A DNA stretch of 64,000 nt from Squalus acanthias (lineage: Eukaryota). A model generated the notes under the pieces. The model was not told the DNA's origin, made no database searches, and saw only the letters and a list, made by a program, of their open reading frames with translations. Numbering within the stretch: the stretch's first letter is position 1; every line of letters begins with the position of its first letter. The DNA is taken from contig CM059432.1 of the NCBI GenBank assembly GCA_030390025.1, positions 110,052,001 through 110,116,000 of the forward strand, read 5' to 3'. Positions 30,001 to 43,200 of the stretch are shown piece after piece. The translations under genes and the position numbers were made by a program.

Positions 30001-31079
30001 ACAGGACAGAGAGTGAGGAGACTCAGAACAAACTGTCACAGGACGAGAGTGAGGAGAAACAGAAACAAACTGCCACAGGGACGAGAGTGAGGAGACACAG
30101 AACAAACAGTCACAGGACAGAGTTGAGGAGACTCAGAACAAACTGTCACTGGACAGAGAGTGAGGAGACTCAGAACGAAACTGTCACAGGACAGAGTGAG
30201 GAGACTCAGAACAAACTGCCACAGGACAGAAGTGAGAGACTCAGAACAAACTGTCACAGGTACAGAGTGAGGAGACTCAGACAAACTGTCACAGGACGAG
30301 AGTGAGGAGACTCAGAACAAACTGTCACAGGACAGGAGTGAGGAGACTCAGAACAAACTGTCCACAGGACAGAGTGAGGAGACACAGAACAAACTGTCTC
30401 AGGACAGAGAGTGAGAGACTCAGAAACAAACTGTCACAGGACAGAGAGTGAGGAGACTCAGAACAAACTGTCACAGGACAGAGTGAGGAGACTCAGAACA
30501 AACTGTCACAGGACAGAAGTGAGGAGACTCAGGAACAAACTGTCACAGGACAGAGAGTGAGGAGACTCAGAACAAACTGCACAGGACGAGAGTGAGGAGA
30601 CTCAGAACAAACTGTCACAGACAGAGTGAGGAGACTCAGAACAAACTGTCACAGGACAGAGAGTGAGGAGACTCAGAACAAACTGCCACAGGACAGAGTG
30701 AGGAGACTCAAGCAAACTGTCACAGGACGAGAGTGAGGAGACTCAGAACAAACTGTCACAGGACAGAGAGTGAGGAGACTCAGATAAAACTGTCACAGAC
30801 GAGAGTGAGGAGATCAGAACAAACCTGTCACAGGACAGAGAGTGAGGAGACTCAGAACAAACTGTCACAGGACAGAGGTGAGGAGACTCAGAACAAACTG
30901 TCACAGGACAGAGTGAGGAGACTCAGAACAAACTGTCACAGGACAGAGAGTGAGGAGACTCAGAACAAACTGTCACAGGAAGAGAGTGAGGAGACTCAGA
31001 ACAAACTGTCACAGGACAGAGAGTGAGGAGACTCAGAACAAACTGTCACAGGACAGAGTGAGGAGACTCAGAACAAACC
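1..31079. repeat. Tandem satellite/minisatellite, unit AACTGTCACAGGACAG(AG)AGTGAGGAGACTCAGAACA (37 bp, with a 35-bp variant), roughly 850 copies, truncated by the window start and the gap
   Basis: The unit is repeated head-to-tail without spacers. The common variation is the presence or absence of one AG after GGACAG, plus a rarer 36-bp GACGAGAG form. Copy number is estimated from length divided by unit size. Confidence 0.99.
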
Positions 31080-31279
31080 NNNNNNNNNNNNNNNNNNNNN
31101 NNNNNNNNNNNNNNNNNNNNNNNNNNNNNNNNNNNNNNNNNNNNNNNNNNNNNNNNNNNNNNNNNNNNNNNNNNNNNNNNNNNNNNNNNNNNNNNNNNNN
31201 NNNNNNNNNNNNNNNNNNNNNNNNNNNNNNNNNNNNNNNNNNNNNNNNNNNNNNNNNNNNNNNNNNNNNNNNNNNNNNN
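31080..31279. other. Assembly/scaffold gap (200 N)
   Basis: Run of exactly 200 N. The round size suggests a placeholder, so the true distance and adjacency are unknown. Confidence 0.99.
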
Positions 31280-34200
31280 GGAGAGCGAGGGAGAGCGAGG
31301 GAGAGCGAGGGAGAGCGAGGGAGAGCGAGGGAGAGCGAGGGAGAGCGAGGGAGAGCGAGGGAGAGCGAGGGAGAGCGACTGAGTGTGAGGTAGAGTGGCC
31401 ATAGAGTGAGGTAGAGTGATTGAGGGTGAGGTAGTGTGACATAGATTGATGTAGAGCGTGGTAGAGTGACTGAGCGTGAGGTGGAGTGACTGAGCGTGAG
31501 GTGGAGTGACTGAGCGTGAGGTGGAGTGACTGAGCGTGAGGTAGAATGAGGTAGAGTGGCTGAGCATGAGGTAGAGTGAGGAAGAGTGAGGAAGAGTGAG
31601 GAAGAGTGAATGAAAGTACAGAGAGGGAGAGAGAGGGAGAGAGTGAGGGAGAGAGAGGGAGAGTGCGGGAGAGTGCGGGAGAGTGCGGGAGAGTGCGGGA
31701 GAGTGCGGTAGAGTGCGGGAGAGTGAGGTAGAGTGAGGTAGAGTGGCCATAGAGTGAGGTAGAGTGGCCATAGAGTGAGGTAGAGTGAGGTAGAGTGATT
31801 GAGGGTGAGGTAGTGTGACGTAGATTGATGTAGAGCGTGGTAGAGTGACTGAGCGTGAGGTAGAGTGACTGAGCGTGAGGTAGAGTGACTGAGCGTGAGG
31901 TGGAGTGAGGTAGAGTGAGGTAGACTGATGTAGACTGACTGAGAGTGAGGTAGACTGAAGTAGAGCGAGGTAGAGTGACTGAGAGTGAGGTAGAGTGACC
32001 GAGAGTGAGGTAGAGTGACTTTGGGTGAGGTAGAGTGAGGTGGAGTGACTGAGAGTGAGGTAGAGTGACAGAGTGATGTAGAGTGAGGGAGTGAGGTAGA
32101 GGGAGGTAGAGTAAGGTAGAGAGCGCTAGAGTGAGGTAGAGCGAGGTAGAGTGACTGAGAGAGGGAGAGTGAGGGAGAGTGAGGTAGAGCGACGTAGAGT
32201 GACTGAGAGTGAGGTAGAGTGGCCATAGAGTGAGGTAGAGTGAGGTAGAGTGATTGAGGGTGAGGTAGTGTGACGTAGATTGATGTAGAGCGTGGTAGAG
32301 TGACTGAGCGTGAGGTAGAGTGACTGAGCGTGAGGTAGAGTGACTGAGCATGAGGTAGAGTGAGGTAGAGTGACATAGAGTGAGGTAGAGTGAGGGAGAG
32401 TGACATAGAGTGAGGTAGTGTGATGGAGAGTGTCTGAGACTCAGAGTGTCTAAGAGTGTCTGAGAGTGAGGTAGAGCGAAGTAGAGTGATGTAGAGTGTG
32501 GTAGAATGATGTAAAGTGACTGAGAGTGAGGTAGAGGGAGGTAGAGTGACAGAGAGGGAGAGTGAGGGAGAGTGAGGGAGAGAGGGAGAGTGAGGTAGAC
32601 TGAGCGAGTGAGGGCGAGTGAGCGCGAGTGAGGACGAGTTACGTTGGGTGAGGTAGAGTGAGGTAGAGTGACCGAAAGTGAGGTAGAGTGACCTAGAGTG
32701 ACTGAGAGTGAGGTATTGTGACGTAGAGTGAGGTATTGTGACGTAGAGTGAGGTAGAATGAGGTAGAATGAGGCAGAGTGAGGTACAGTGAGGTAGTGAG
32801 ACGTAGCGTGAGGTAGAGTGACTTATAGTGAGGTAGAGTGACTGAGAGTGAGGTAGAGTGACTGAGAGTGAGCTGGAGTAAGGTACAGTGATGTAGAGTA
32901 ACTGAGTGAGGTAGAGCGTGGTAGAGTGAGGTAGAGGGAGGTCGAGTGTCGTAGAGTGAGGTCGAGTGTCGTAGAGTGAGGTCGAGTGTCGTAGCGTGAG
33001 GTAGAGTGTCGTAGCGTGAGGTAGAGTGTCGTAGAGTGAGGTAGAGTGAGGGAGAGTGAGGAAGAGTGAGGAAGAGTGAGGAAGAGTGAGGAAGAGTGAG
33101 GGAGAGTGAGGGAGAGTGAGGGAGAGTGAGGGAGAGTGAGGGAGAGTGAGGGAGAGTGAGGGAGAGTGAGGGAGAGTGAGGGAGAGTGAGGGAGAGTGAC
33201 TGAGAGCGAGGGAGAGCGAGGGAGAGCGAGGGAGAGCGAGGGAGAGCGAGGGAGAGCGAGGGAGAGCGAGGGAGAGCGAGGGAGAGCGAGGGAGAGCGAG
33301 GGAGAGCGAGGGAGAGCGAGGGAGAGCGAGGGAGAGCGAGGGAGATTGAATGAGAGTGCGGTAGAGAGAGGTAGGGTGAGGTAGAGTGATTGAGAGTGAG
33401 GTAGAGTGAAGTAGAATGAAGCAGAGAGAGGTAGAGAGAAGTAGAGTGAGGTATAGTGACAGAGTGAGGTCGATTGAGGGAGAATGAGGGAGAGTGAGGG
33501 AGATTGAGGTAGCGTGAGGTAGAGGGAGGTAGAGTGATTGAGAGTGAGTTAATGTGAGGTAGAGTAACATAGTGAGGTAGAGTGAGGTGGACTGAGGTAG
33601 AGTGACTGAGACTGAGGTGGACTGAGGTAGAGTGACTGAGAGTGAGGTGGACTGAGGTAGAGCGAGGGAGAGTGAGGTACAGTGAGTGAGAGTGAGGTAG
33701 AGGGAGGTAGAGTGATTGAGAGTGAGGTAGAGCGACGCAGAGCGAGGGAGAGTGACTGAGAGTGAGGTAGAGTGACGTTGAGTGACTGAGAGTGAGGTAG
33801 AGGGAGGTAGAGTGATTGAGAGTGAGGTAGAGTAAGGTGGAGTGAGGTAGAGTGACTGAGAATGATGTAAAGTGACTGAGAGTGATGTAGAGTGAGGGAG
33901 TGTGATTGAGAGGGAGGTAGAGGGAGGTAGAGGGAGGTAGAGGGAGGTAGAGGGAGGTAGAGGGAGGTAGAGGGAGGTAGAGGGAGGTAGAGGGAGGTAG
34001 AGGGCGGTAGAGAGCGGTCGAGTGCGGTCGAGTGCGGTCGAGTGCGGTCGAGTGCGGTCGAGTGCGGTCGAGTGCGGTCGAGTGAGGTCGAGTGAGGTCG
34101 AGTGCGGTCGAGTGAGGTCGAGTGCGGTCGAGTGAGGTCGAGTGAGGTCGAGTGAGGTAGAGTGAGGTAGAGTGAGGTAGAGTGAGGTAGAGTGAGGTAG

Positions 34201-37200
34201 AGTGAGGTAGAGTGACAGTGAGGTAGAGTGAGGTAGAGTGAGGTAGAGTAAGGTAGAGTAAGGTAGAGTAAGGTAGAGAGCGCTAGAGTGTGGTAGAGCG
34301 AGGTAGAGCGAGGTAGAGTGAGGAGAGAGGGAGAGTGAGGGAGAGTGAGGGAGAGTGAGGGAGAGTGAGGGAGAGTGAGGGAGAGTGAGGGAGAGTGAGG
34401 GAGAGTGAGGGAGAGTGAGAGGGAGAGTGAGGTAGACTGGGCGAGTGAGGGCGAGTTACGTTGGGTGAGGTAGAGTAACCGAAAGTGAGGTAGAGTGACC
34501 TAGAGTGACTGAGAGTGACTGAGAGTGAGGTATTGTGACGTAGAGTGAGGTATTGTGACGTAGAGTGAGTTACAGTGAGGTAGTGTGACGTAGCGTGAGG
34601 TAGAGTGACTGAGAGTGAGGTAGAGTGACTGAGAGTGAGGTGGCATAAGGTACAGTGATGTAGAGTAACTGAGTGAGGTAGAGCGTGGTAGAGTGACTGA
34701 GCATGAGGTAGAGTGAGGTAGAGTGATTGAGAGTGAGGTAGAGTGACAGAGTGCGGTAGAGTGCGGTAGAGTGCGGTAGAGTGCGGTAGAGTGCGGTAGA
34801 GTGCGGTAGAGTGCGGTAGAGTGCGGTAGAGTGCGGTAGAGTGCGGTAGAGTGCGGTAGAGTGTTTGAGACTGAGGTCGAGGGAGGTCGAGGGAGGTCGA
34901 GGGAGGTCGAGGGAGGTCGAGGGAGGTCGAGGGAGGTCGAGGGAGGTCGAGGGAGGTCGAGGGAGGTCGAGGGAGGTCGAGGGAGGTCGAGGGAGGTAGA
35001 GTGTCGTAGAGTGAGGTAGTGTCGTAAAGTGAGGTAGAGTGTTGTAGAGTGAGGGAGAGTGTCGTAGAGTGAGGGAGTGTGTCGTAGAGGGAGGGAGAGC
35101 GAGGGAGAGCGAGGGAGAGCGAGGGAGAGCGAGGGAGAGCGAGGGAGAGCGAGGGAGAGCGAGGGAGAGCGAGGGAGAGCGAGGGAGAGCGAGGGAGAGT
35201 GCGGTAGAGTGATTGAGAGTGAGGTAGAGTGAAGTAGAGTGAAGAAGAGTGAAGTAGAGAGAGGTAGAGTGAGGTAGAGTGAGGTAGAGTGAGGTAGAGT
35301 GAGGGAGAGTGAGGTAGAGCGAGAGAGAGTGAGGTAGAGTGAGGTAGTGTTACTGAGTGTGATGTAGAGTGAGGTTGAGTCGGGTATAGTGACAGAGTGA
35401 GGTCGAGTGAGGGAGAGTGAGGGAGATTGAGGGAGCTTGAGGGAGATTGAGGTAGCATGAGGGAGAGTGAGGTAGAGTGAGGTAGAGGGAGGTAGAGTGA
35501 GGTAGAGGGAGGTAGAGGGAGGTAGAGTGATTGAGAGTGAGTTAATGTGAGGTAGAGTAACATAGTGAGGTAGAGTGAGGTCGAGTGACTGAGAGTGACG
35601 TGGAGCGACGCAGAGCGAGGGAGAGTGACTGAGAGTGAGGTAGAGTGACGTTGAGTGACTGAGAGTGAGGTAGAGGGAGGTAGAGTGATTGAGAGTGAGG
35701 TAGAGTAAGGTGGAGTGAGGTAGAGTGACTGAGAGTGAGGTAGAGTAATTGAGAGTGAGATAGAGTGACGTAGAGTGAGGTAGAGTAACGTAGAGTGAGG
35801 TAGAGTGACTGAGAGTGACTGAGAGTGAGGTAGAGTGAGGTAAAGTGACGCAGAGTGAGGTGGAGTGAAGTCGAGTGAGGTAGAGTGACGTAGTGAGGTA
35901 GAGTGACTGAGAGTGAGGTAGAGTGAGGTAGACTGACTGAGAGTGAGGTAGAGTGACTGAGAGTGAGGTAGGGCGTGGTAGAGTGACTGAGAGTGAGGTA
36001 GAGTGAGGTAGACTGACTGAGAGTGAGGTAGAGTGACTGAGAGTGAGGTAGGGCGTGGTAGAGTGACTGAGCATGAGGTAGAGTGAGGTTGAGTGACTGA
36101 GAGTGAGGTCGAGTGATATAGAGTGAGGTAGAGTGATTGAGAGTGAGGTATTGTGACGTAGAGTAAGGTCCAGTGAGGTAGAGTGATTGAGAGTGAGGTA
36201 CTGTGACGTAGAGTAAGTTACAGTGAGGTAGAGTGACTGAGCGTGAGGTAGAGTGACAGAGTGAGGTAGAGTGAGGTAGTGATGTAGAGTGACTGAGAGT
36301 GAGGTAGACTAAGGTAGAATGACAGAGTGACGTAGAGTGATGTAAAGTGACCGAGAGTGAGGTGGAGTGACCTAGTGAGGTAGAGTGATGTAGAGTGAAG
36401 TAAAGTGAGCTAGATTGAGGTAGAGTGAGGCAGAGTAAGGTAGAGTGACATAGAGTGAGGCAGACTGATTGAGTGTGGTAGAATGAGGTAGAGTGACAGA
36501 GTGAGGTAGGGTGACTGAGAGTGAGGTAGAGTGAGGTCGAGTGATGTAGAGTGAGGTAGAGTGATATAGTGAGGTAGAGTGATTGAGTGTGAGGTATTGT
36601 GATGTAGAGTGAAGTACAGTGAGGTAGAGTGAGGTCGAGTGACTGCGAGTGAGGTAGAGTGACTGAGAATGAGGTAGTGAGGTAGAGCGAGGTCGAGTGA
36701 CTGAGAGTGAGGTAGAGGGAGGTAGAGTGATTGAGAGTGAGGTAGAGTAAGGTGGAGTGAGGTAGAGTGACTGAGAGTGAGGTAGTGTGACAGAGTGAGG
36801 TAGAGTAATTGAGAGTGAGATAGAGTGACGTAGAGTGAGGTAGAGTGACTGAGAGTGACTGAGAGTGACTGAGAGTGACTGAGAGTGAGGTAGAGTGAGG
36901 TAAAGTGATGCAGAGTGAGGTGGAGTGAAGTTGAGTGAGGTAGAGTGACGTAGTGAGGTAGAGTGATGTAGAGTGAGGTAGACTGATTGTCACTCTACCT
37001 CATTCTACCACACTCTCAGTGAGGTAGAGTGACTGAGAGTGAGGTAGGGCGTGGTAGAGTGACTGAGCATGAGGTAGAGTGAGGTTGAGTGACTGAGAGT
37101 GAGGTCGAGTGATATAGAGTGAGGTAGAGTGATTGAGAGTGAGGTATTGTGACGTAGAGTAAGGTACAGTGAGGTAGAGTGACTGAGCGTGAGGTAGAGT

Positions 37201-40200
37201 GACAGAGTGAGGTAGAGTGAGGTAGTGATGTAGAGTGACTGAGAGTGAGGTAGACTAAGGTAGAATGACAGAGTGACGTAGAGTGATGTAAAGTGACCGA
37301 GAGTGAGGTGGAGTGACCTAGTGAGGTAGAGTGATGTAGAGTGAAGTAAAGTGAGCTAGATTGAGGTAGAGTGAGGCAGAGTAAGGTAGAGTGACGTAGA
37401 GTGAGGTAGACTGATTGAGTGTGGTAGAATGAGGGAGAGTGACAGAGTTAGGTAGGGTGACTGAGAGTGAGGTAGAGTGATATAGTGAGGTAGAGTGATT
37501 GCGAGTGAGGTATTGTGACGTAGAGTGAAGTACAGTGAGGTAGAGTGAGGTCGAGTGACTGAGAGTGAGGTAGAGATGTAGATTGAATGAGTGAGGTAGA
37601 CTGAGGTAGAATGAGGTAGAGTGACTGAGATTGAGGTAGAGTGAGGTAGAGTGAGGTAGTGTGACGTAGAGGGAGGTAGAGTGACTGAGAGTGAGGTAGA
37701 GTGACATAGAGTGACATAGAGTGAGGTAGAGTGATTGAGAGTGAGGTACAGTGAGGTAGAGTGAGGTACAGAGACTGAGAGTGCGGTAGTGTGATGTAGA
37801 GTGACTGAGAGTGAGGTAGAGTATGCTTGAGTGACTGTGAGTGAGGTAGAGTGACTGAGAGTGAGGTAGAGTGACTGCGAGTGAGGTAGAGTGACTGAGA
37901 GTGAGGTAGAGTGACTGCGAGTGAGGTAGAGTGACTGAGAGTGAGGTAGAGTGACTGCGAGTGAGGTAGAGTGACTGCGAGTGAGGTAGAGTGACTGAGA
38001 GTGAGGTAGAGTGACTGAGAGTGAGGTAGAGTTACTGAGAGTGAGGTAGAGTGACTGCGAGTGAGGTAGAGTGACTGCGAGTGAGGTAGAGTGACTGAGA
38101 GTGAGGTAGAGTGACTGAGCGTGAGGTAGAGTGATGTAGATTGAATGAGAGGGGTAGTGAGGTAGAGTAACAGAGTGAGGTAGAGTGACTGAGAGTGAGG
38201 CAGAGTGAGTGAGGTAGTGTGACGTAGAGGGAGGTAGAGTGAGGTAGAGTGAGGTAGAGTGTGGTAGAGCGAGGTAGAGTGACTGAGAGTGAGGTAGAGT
38301 GAGGTAGAGTGAGGTAGAGTGACTGAGAGTGAGGTAGAGTGAGGTAGAGTGACTGAGAGTGAGGTAGAGTGATTGAGAGTGAGGTATTGTGACGTAGAGT
38401 AAGGTCCAGTGAGGTAGAGTGACAGAGTGAGGTAGAGTGACTGAGAGTGAGGTAGAGTGAGTGAGGTAGTGTGACGTAGAGGGAGGTAGAGTGAGGTAGA
38501 GTGAGGTAGAGTGATGAGAGTGAGGTAGAGTGACTGAGAGTGAGGTAGAGTGACTGAGAGTGAGGTAGAGTGACTGTGGAGTGAGGTAGAGTGAGGTGGA
38601 GTGACTGAGAGTGAGGTAGAGCGAAGTAGAGTGAGGTAGAGTGACAGAGTGATGTAGAGTGAGGTAGTGTGATTGAGAGTGAGGTAGAGTGACGTAGAGT
38701 GACTGAGAGTGAGGTAGAGGGAGGTAGAGTAAGGTAGAGAGCACTAGAGTGAGGTAGAGCGAGGTAGAGTGACTAAGAGAGGGAGAGTGAGGGAGAGTGA
38801 GGGAGAGTGACAGAGTGAGGTAGAGTGAGGTAGAGTGAGGTAGAGTGAGGTAGAGTGAGGTAGAGTGAGGTAGAGTGAGGTAGAGTGAGGTAGAGTGGGT
38901 AGAGTGGGGTAGAGTGAGGTAGAGTGTCGTAGAGCGAGGGAGAGCGAGGGAGAGCGAGGGAGAGTGTCGTAGAGCGAGGGAGAGCGAGGGAGAGCGAGGG
39001 AGAGCGAGGGAGAGCGAGGGAGAGCGAGGGAGAGCGAGGGAGAGCGAGGGAGAGCGAGGGAGAGCGAGGGAGAGCGAGGGAGAGCGAGGGAGAGCGAGGG
39101 AGAGGGAGGTAGTGTGATTGAGAGTGAGTTAACGTGAGGTAGAGTAACAGTGAGGTGGACTGAGGTAGAGCGAGGTAGAGTGACTGAGAGTGAGGTAGAG
39201 TGACATTGAGTGACTGAGAATGAGGTAGAGGGAGGTAGAGTGATTGAGAGTGAGGTAGAGTAAGGTAGAGTGAGGTAGAGTGACTGAGAGTGAGGTAGAC
39301 TGAGGTAGAGTGAGGTAGAGTGACTGAGAGTGAGGTAGAGTGAGGTAAAGTGACGCAGAGTGAGGTAGAGTGAAGTCAAGTGAGGTAGAGTGACGTAGTG
39401 AGGTAGAGTGACGTAGTGAGGCAGAGTGAGGCAGAGTGACGTAGCGTGAGGTAGACTGATTGTCACTCTATCTCATTGTACCACACACAGAGTGAGGTAG
39501 ACTGACTGAGAGTGAGCGAGAGTGATATAGAGTGAGGTAGAATGATAGAGAGTGAGGTAGTGTGAGGTGGAGTGAGCGAGAGTGAGGTGGACTGAGGTGG
39601 ACTGAGGTGGACTGAGGTGGACTGAGGTGGACTGAGGTGGACTGAGGGAGAGTGAGGGAGAGTGAGGGAGAGTGAGGGAGAGTGAGGGAGAGTGGGGGAG
39701 AGTGGGGGAGAGTGGGGGAGAGTGGGGGAGAGTGGGGAGAGAGTGGGGAGAGAGTGGGGGGAGAGTGGGGGGAGAGTGGGGGGAGAGGGAGGGAGAGGGA
39801 GGGAGAGGGAGGGAGAGGGAGGGAGAGGGAGGGAGAGGGAGGGGAGAGGGAGGGAGAGGGAGGGAGAGGGAGGGAGAGGGAGGGGGAGAGGGAGGGAGAG
39901 GGAGGGGGAGAGGGAGGGAGAGGGAGGGGGAGAGGGAGTGAGAGGGAGTGAGAGGGAGGGAGAGGGAGTGAGAGGGAGGGAGAGGGAGGGAGAGGGAGTG
40001 AGAGGGAGGGAGAGGGAGTGAGAGTGAGGGAGAGTGAGGGAGAGTGATGTAGATTGAATGAGGGAGGTCGAGGGAGGTGTAGAGGGAGGCAGAGGGAGGG
40101 TGAGGTAGAGGGAGGTAGAGTGAGGTAGAGTGACAGAGAGTGAGGTAGAGTGACAGAGAGTGACTGAGAATGACTGAGAATGAGGTCGAGTGAGGTCGAG

Positions 40201-43200
40201 TGACAAAAAGTGAGGTAGAGTGAGGTAGTGATTGAGAGTGAGGTAGAGGGAGGTAGAGGGAGGTAGAGGGAGGTAGAGGGAGGTAGGGGGAGGCAGGGGG
40301 AGGCAGAGGGAGGCAGAGGGAGGCAGAGGGAGGCAGAGTGATGTATAGCGAGGGAGAGTGACAGAGAGTGACAGAGAGTGACAGAGTGAGGTAGAGCATG
40401 GTAGAGTGACTGAGCATGAGGTAGAGTGAGGCAGAGTGACTGAGAGTGACTGAGAGTGACTGAGAGTGAGGCAGAGGGAGGCAGATGGAGGAAGTGTGGG
40501 GTCGAGTGAGGTCGAGAGAGGTCGAGAGAGGTCGAGAGAGGTAGAGTGAGGTAGAGAGAGGTAGAGATAGGTAGAGAGAGGTAGAGAGAGGTAGAGAGAG
40601 GTAGAGTGAGGTAGAGTGAGGTAGAGTGAGGTAGAGTGAGGTAGAGTGAGGTAGAGTGAGGTAGAGAGAGGTAGAGAGAGGTAGAGTGAGGTAGAGTGAG
40701 GTAGAGTGAGGTAGAGTGAGGTAGAGTGAGGTAGAGTGAGGTAGAGTGAGGTAGAGTGAGGTAGAGTGAGGTAGAGTGAGGTAGAGTGAGGTAGAGTGAG
40801 GTAGAGTGAGGTAGGGTGAGGTAGGGTGAGGTAGGGTGAGGTAGGGTGAGGTAGAGTGGGGTAGAGTGGGGTAGAGTGAGGTAGGGTGAGGTAGAGTGTG
40901 GTAGGGTGAGGTAGAGTGAGGTAGAGTGAGGTAGGGTGAGGTAGAGTGAGGTAGGGTGATTGAGAGTGAGGTAGAGTGATTGAGAGTGAGGTAGAGAGAG
41001 GTAGAGTGAGGTAGAGTGAGGTAGAGTGAGGTAGAGTGAGGTAGGGTGAGGTAGAGTGAGGTAGGGTGAGGTAGAGTGAGGTAGAGTGAGGCAGAGTGAG
41101 GTAGGGTGAGGTAGGGTGAGGTAGGGTGAGGTAGGGTGATTGAGAGTGAGGTAGAGTGAGTGAGAGTGATTGAGAGTGAGGTAGAGTGATTGAGAGTGAG
41201 GTAGAGTGAGGTAGAGTGAGGTAGAGCGATTGACAGTGAGGTAGATTGAGGTCGAGTGAGGTCGACTGAGCCCGAGGGAGGGAGAGTGAGGGAGAGGGAG
41301 GGAGAGTGAGGGACGGAGAGGGAGGGAGAGGGAGAGGGAGGGAGAGAGAGGGAGGGAGAGGGAGGGAGAGGGAGGGAGAGGGAGGGAGAGGGAGGGAGAG
41401 GGAGGGAGAGGGAGGGAGAGGGAGGGAGAGGGAGGGAGAGGGAGGGAGAGGGAGGGAGAGCGACTGAAAGTGACTGAGCGTGAGGTCGAGTGAGATAGAC
41501 AGAGGTAGTGTGAGGCAGAGTGAGGTAGAATGTGGTAGAGTGATGTAGAGTGACTGAGAATGAGGTCGAGTGAGGTAAAGTGACAAAAAGTGAGGTCGAG
41601 TGAGGTCGAGTGACAGAGTGTGACTGAGAGTGACAGAGTGACTGAGGGCGAGGTGGATTGACTGAGAGTGAAGTGGAGCGAGCTAGATAGAGAGAGAGCG
41701 AGGTAGAGCGAGGTAGACAGAGGTAGACAGAGGTCGAGTGAGGTATAGCGAGGGAGAGCGACTGAAAGTGGTCGAGAGCGAGCGAGAGCGAGAGCGAGAG
41801 CGACCGAGTGCGAGTGAGAGCGAGCGAGAGGGAGAGTGAGGTAGACTGAGGGAGAGTGAGGGAGCGTGCGGTGGAGGGAGGCGGAGGGAGGCGGAGGGAG
41901 GCGGAGGGAGGCGGAGGGGGGCGGAGTGAGGCGGAGTGAGGCGGAGTGAGGCGGAGTGGGGCGGAGTGGGGCGGAGTGGGGCGGAGTGGGGCGGAGTGGG
42001 GCGGAGTGGGGCGGAGTGGGGCGGAGTGGGGCGGAGTGGGGCGGAGTGGGGCGGAGTGGGGCAGAGTGGGGCAGAGTGGGGCAGAGTGGGGCAGAGTGAC
42101 TGAGAGTGACTGAGAGTGAGGTAGAGCATGGTAGAGTGACTGAGCGTGAGGTAGAGGGAGGTAGACTGAGGGAGACTGAGGGAGACTGAGGGAGAGTGAT
42201 GTAGATTGAATGAGAGTGAGGTAGAGAGAGGTGGAGTGCGGTGGAGTGCGGTGGAGTGAGGTCGAGTGAGGTCGAGTGAGGTCGAGTGATGTACGGTAAC
42301 TGAGAGTGAGGTAGAGTGACGTAGAGTGAGGTAGAGTGACTGAGAGTGAGGTAGAGTGTGGTAGAGTGATTGAGAGTGATGTCGAGTGAAATAGAGCGAG
42401 GTAGAGAGAGGTGGAGTGAGGTGGAGTGAGGTGGAGTGATTGAGAGTAAGGTAGAGTGATGTAGAATGACTGAGATTGAGGTAGAGTGAGGTAGATTGAG
42501 AGAGAGGTAGAAGGAGGTCGAGTGAGGTCGAGTGAGGTCGAGTGAGGTAGTGTGACTGAGAGTGAGGTAGAGCATGGTAGAGTGACTGAGCATGAGGTAG
42601 AGTGACTGAGAATGAGGTCGAGTGAGGTAGCGTGAGGTAGAGTGATCGAGAGTGAGGTAGAGTGACGTAGAATGACTGAGAGTGAGGTAGAGTGAGGTAG
42701 AGTGACTGAGAGTGAGGTAAAGGGAGGTAGAGTGAGCTGGAGTGAGGGAGAGCGAGGTCGAGCGAGGCGGAGTGAAGTCGAGAGAGACCGAGAGAGGCCG
42801 AGTGAGGCAGAGTGACTGAGAGTGAGGTAGAGTGAGGTAGAGTGACGTAAAGGGTAGTAGAGTGATTTAGTTGTGAGGTAGAGTGAGGGAGATGAGGTCG
42901 AGTGAGGTAGAGTGAGGTAGAGTGACTGAGAGTGAGGTAGAGTGAGTGAGGTAGTGTGACGTAGAGGGAGGTAGAGGGAGGTAGAGTGAGGTAGAGTGAG
43001 GTAGAGTGACTGAGAGTGAGGTAGAGTGACTGAGAGTGAGGTAGAGTGACTGAGAGTGAGGTAGAGTGAGGTGGAGTGACTGAGAGTGAGGTAGAGCGAA
43101 GTAGAGTGAGGTAGAGTGACAGAGTGATGTAGAGTGAGGTAGTGTGATTGAGAGTGAGGTAGAGTGACGTAGAGTGACTGAGAGTGAGGTAGAGGGAGGT

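Noticed and set aside
166..31026. Many MRRLRTNCHRTESEETQNKLSQD ORFs
   Set aside because: Translations of the satellite starting at GTG. They stay open only where 37+35 bp units alternate.
1..31079. CRISPR array (35-37 bp repeats)
   Set aside because: No spacers, no cas genes, eukaryotic context.
29500..31079. Increasing unit divergence toward the array end as a biological edge gradient
   Set aside because: Mostly scattered 1-bp indels next to a contig end, more consistent with low-coverage consensus errors.
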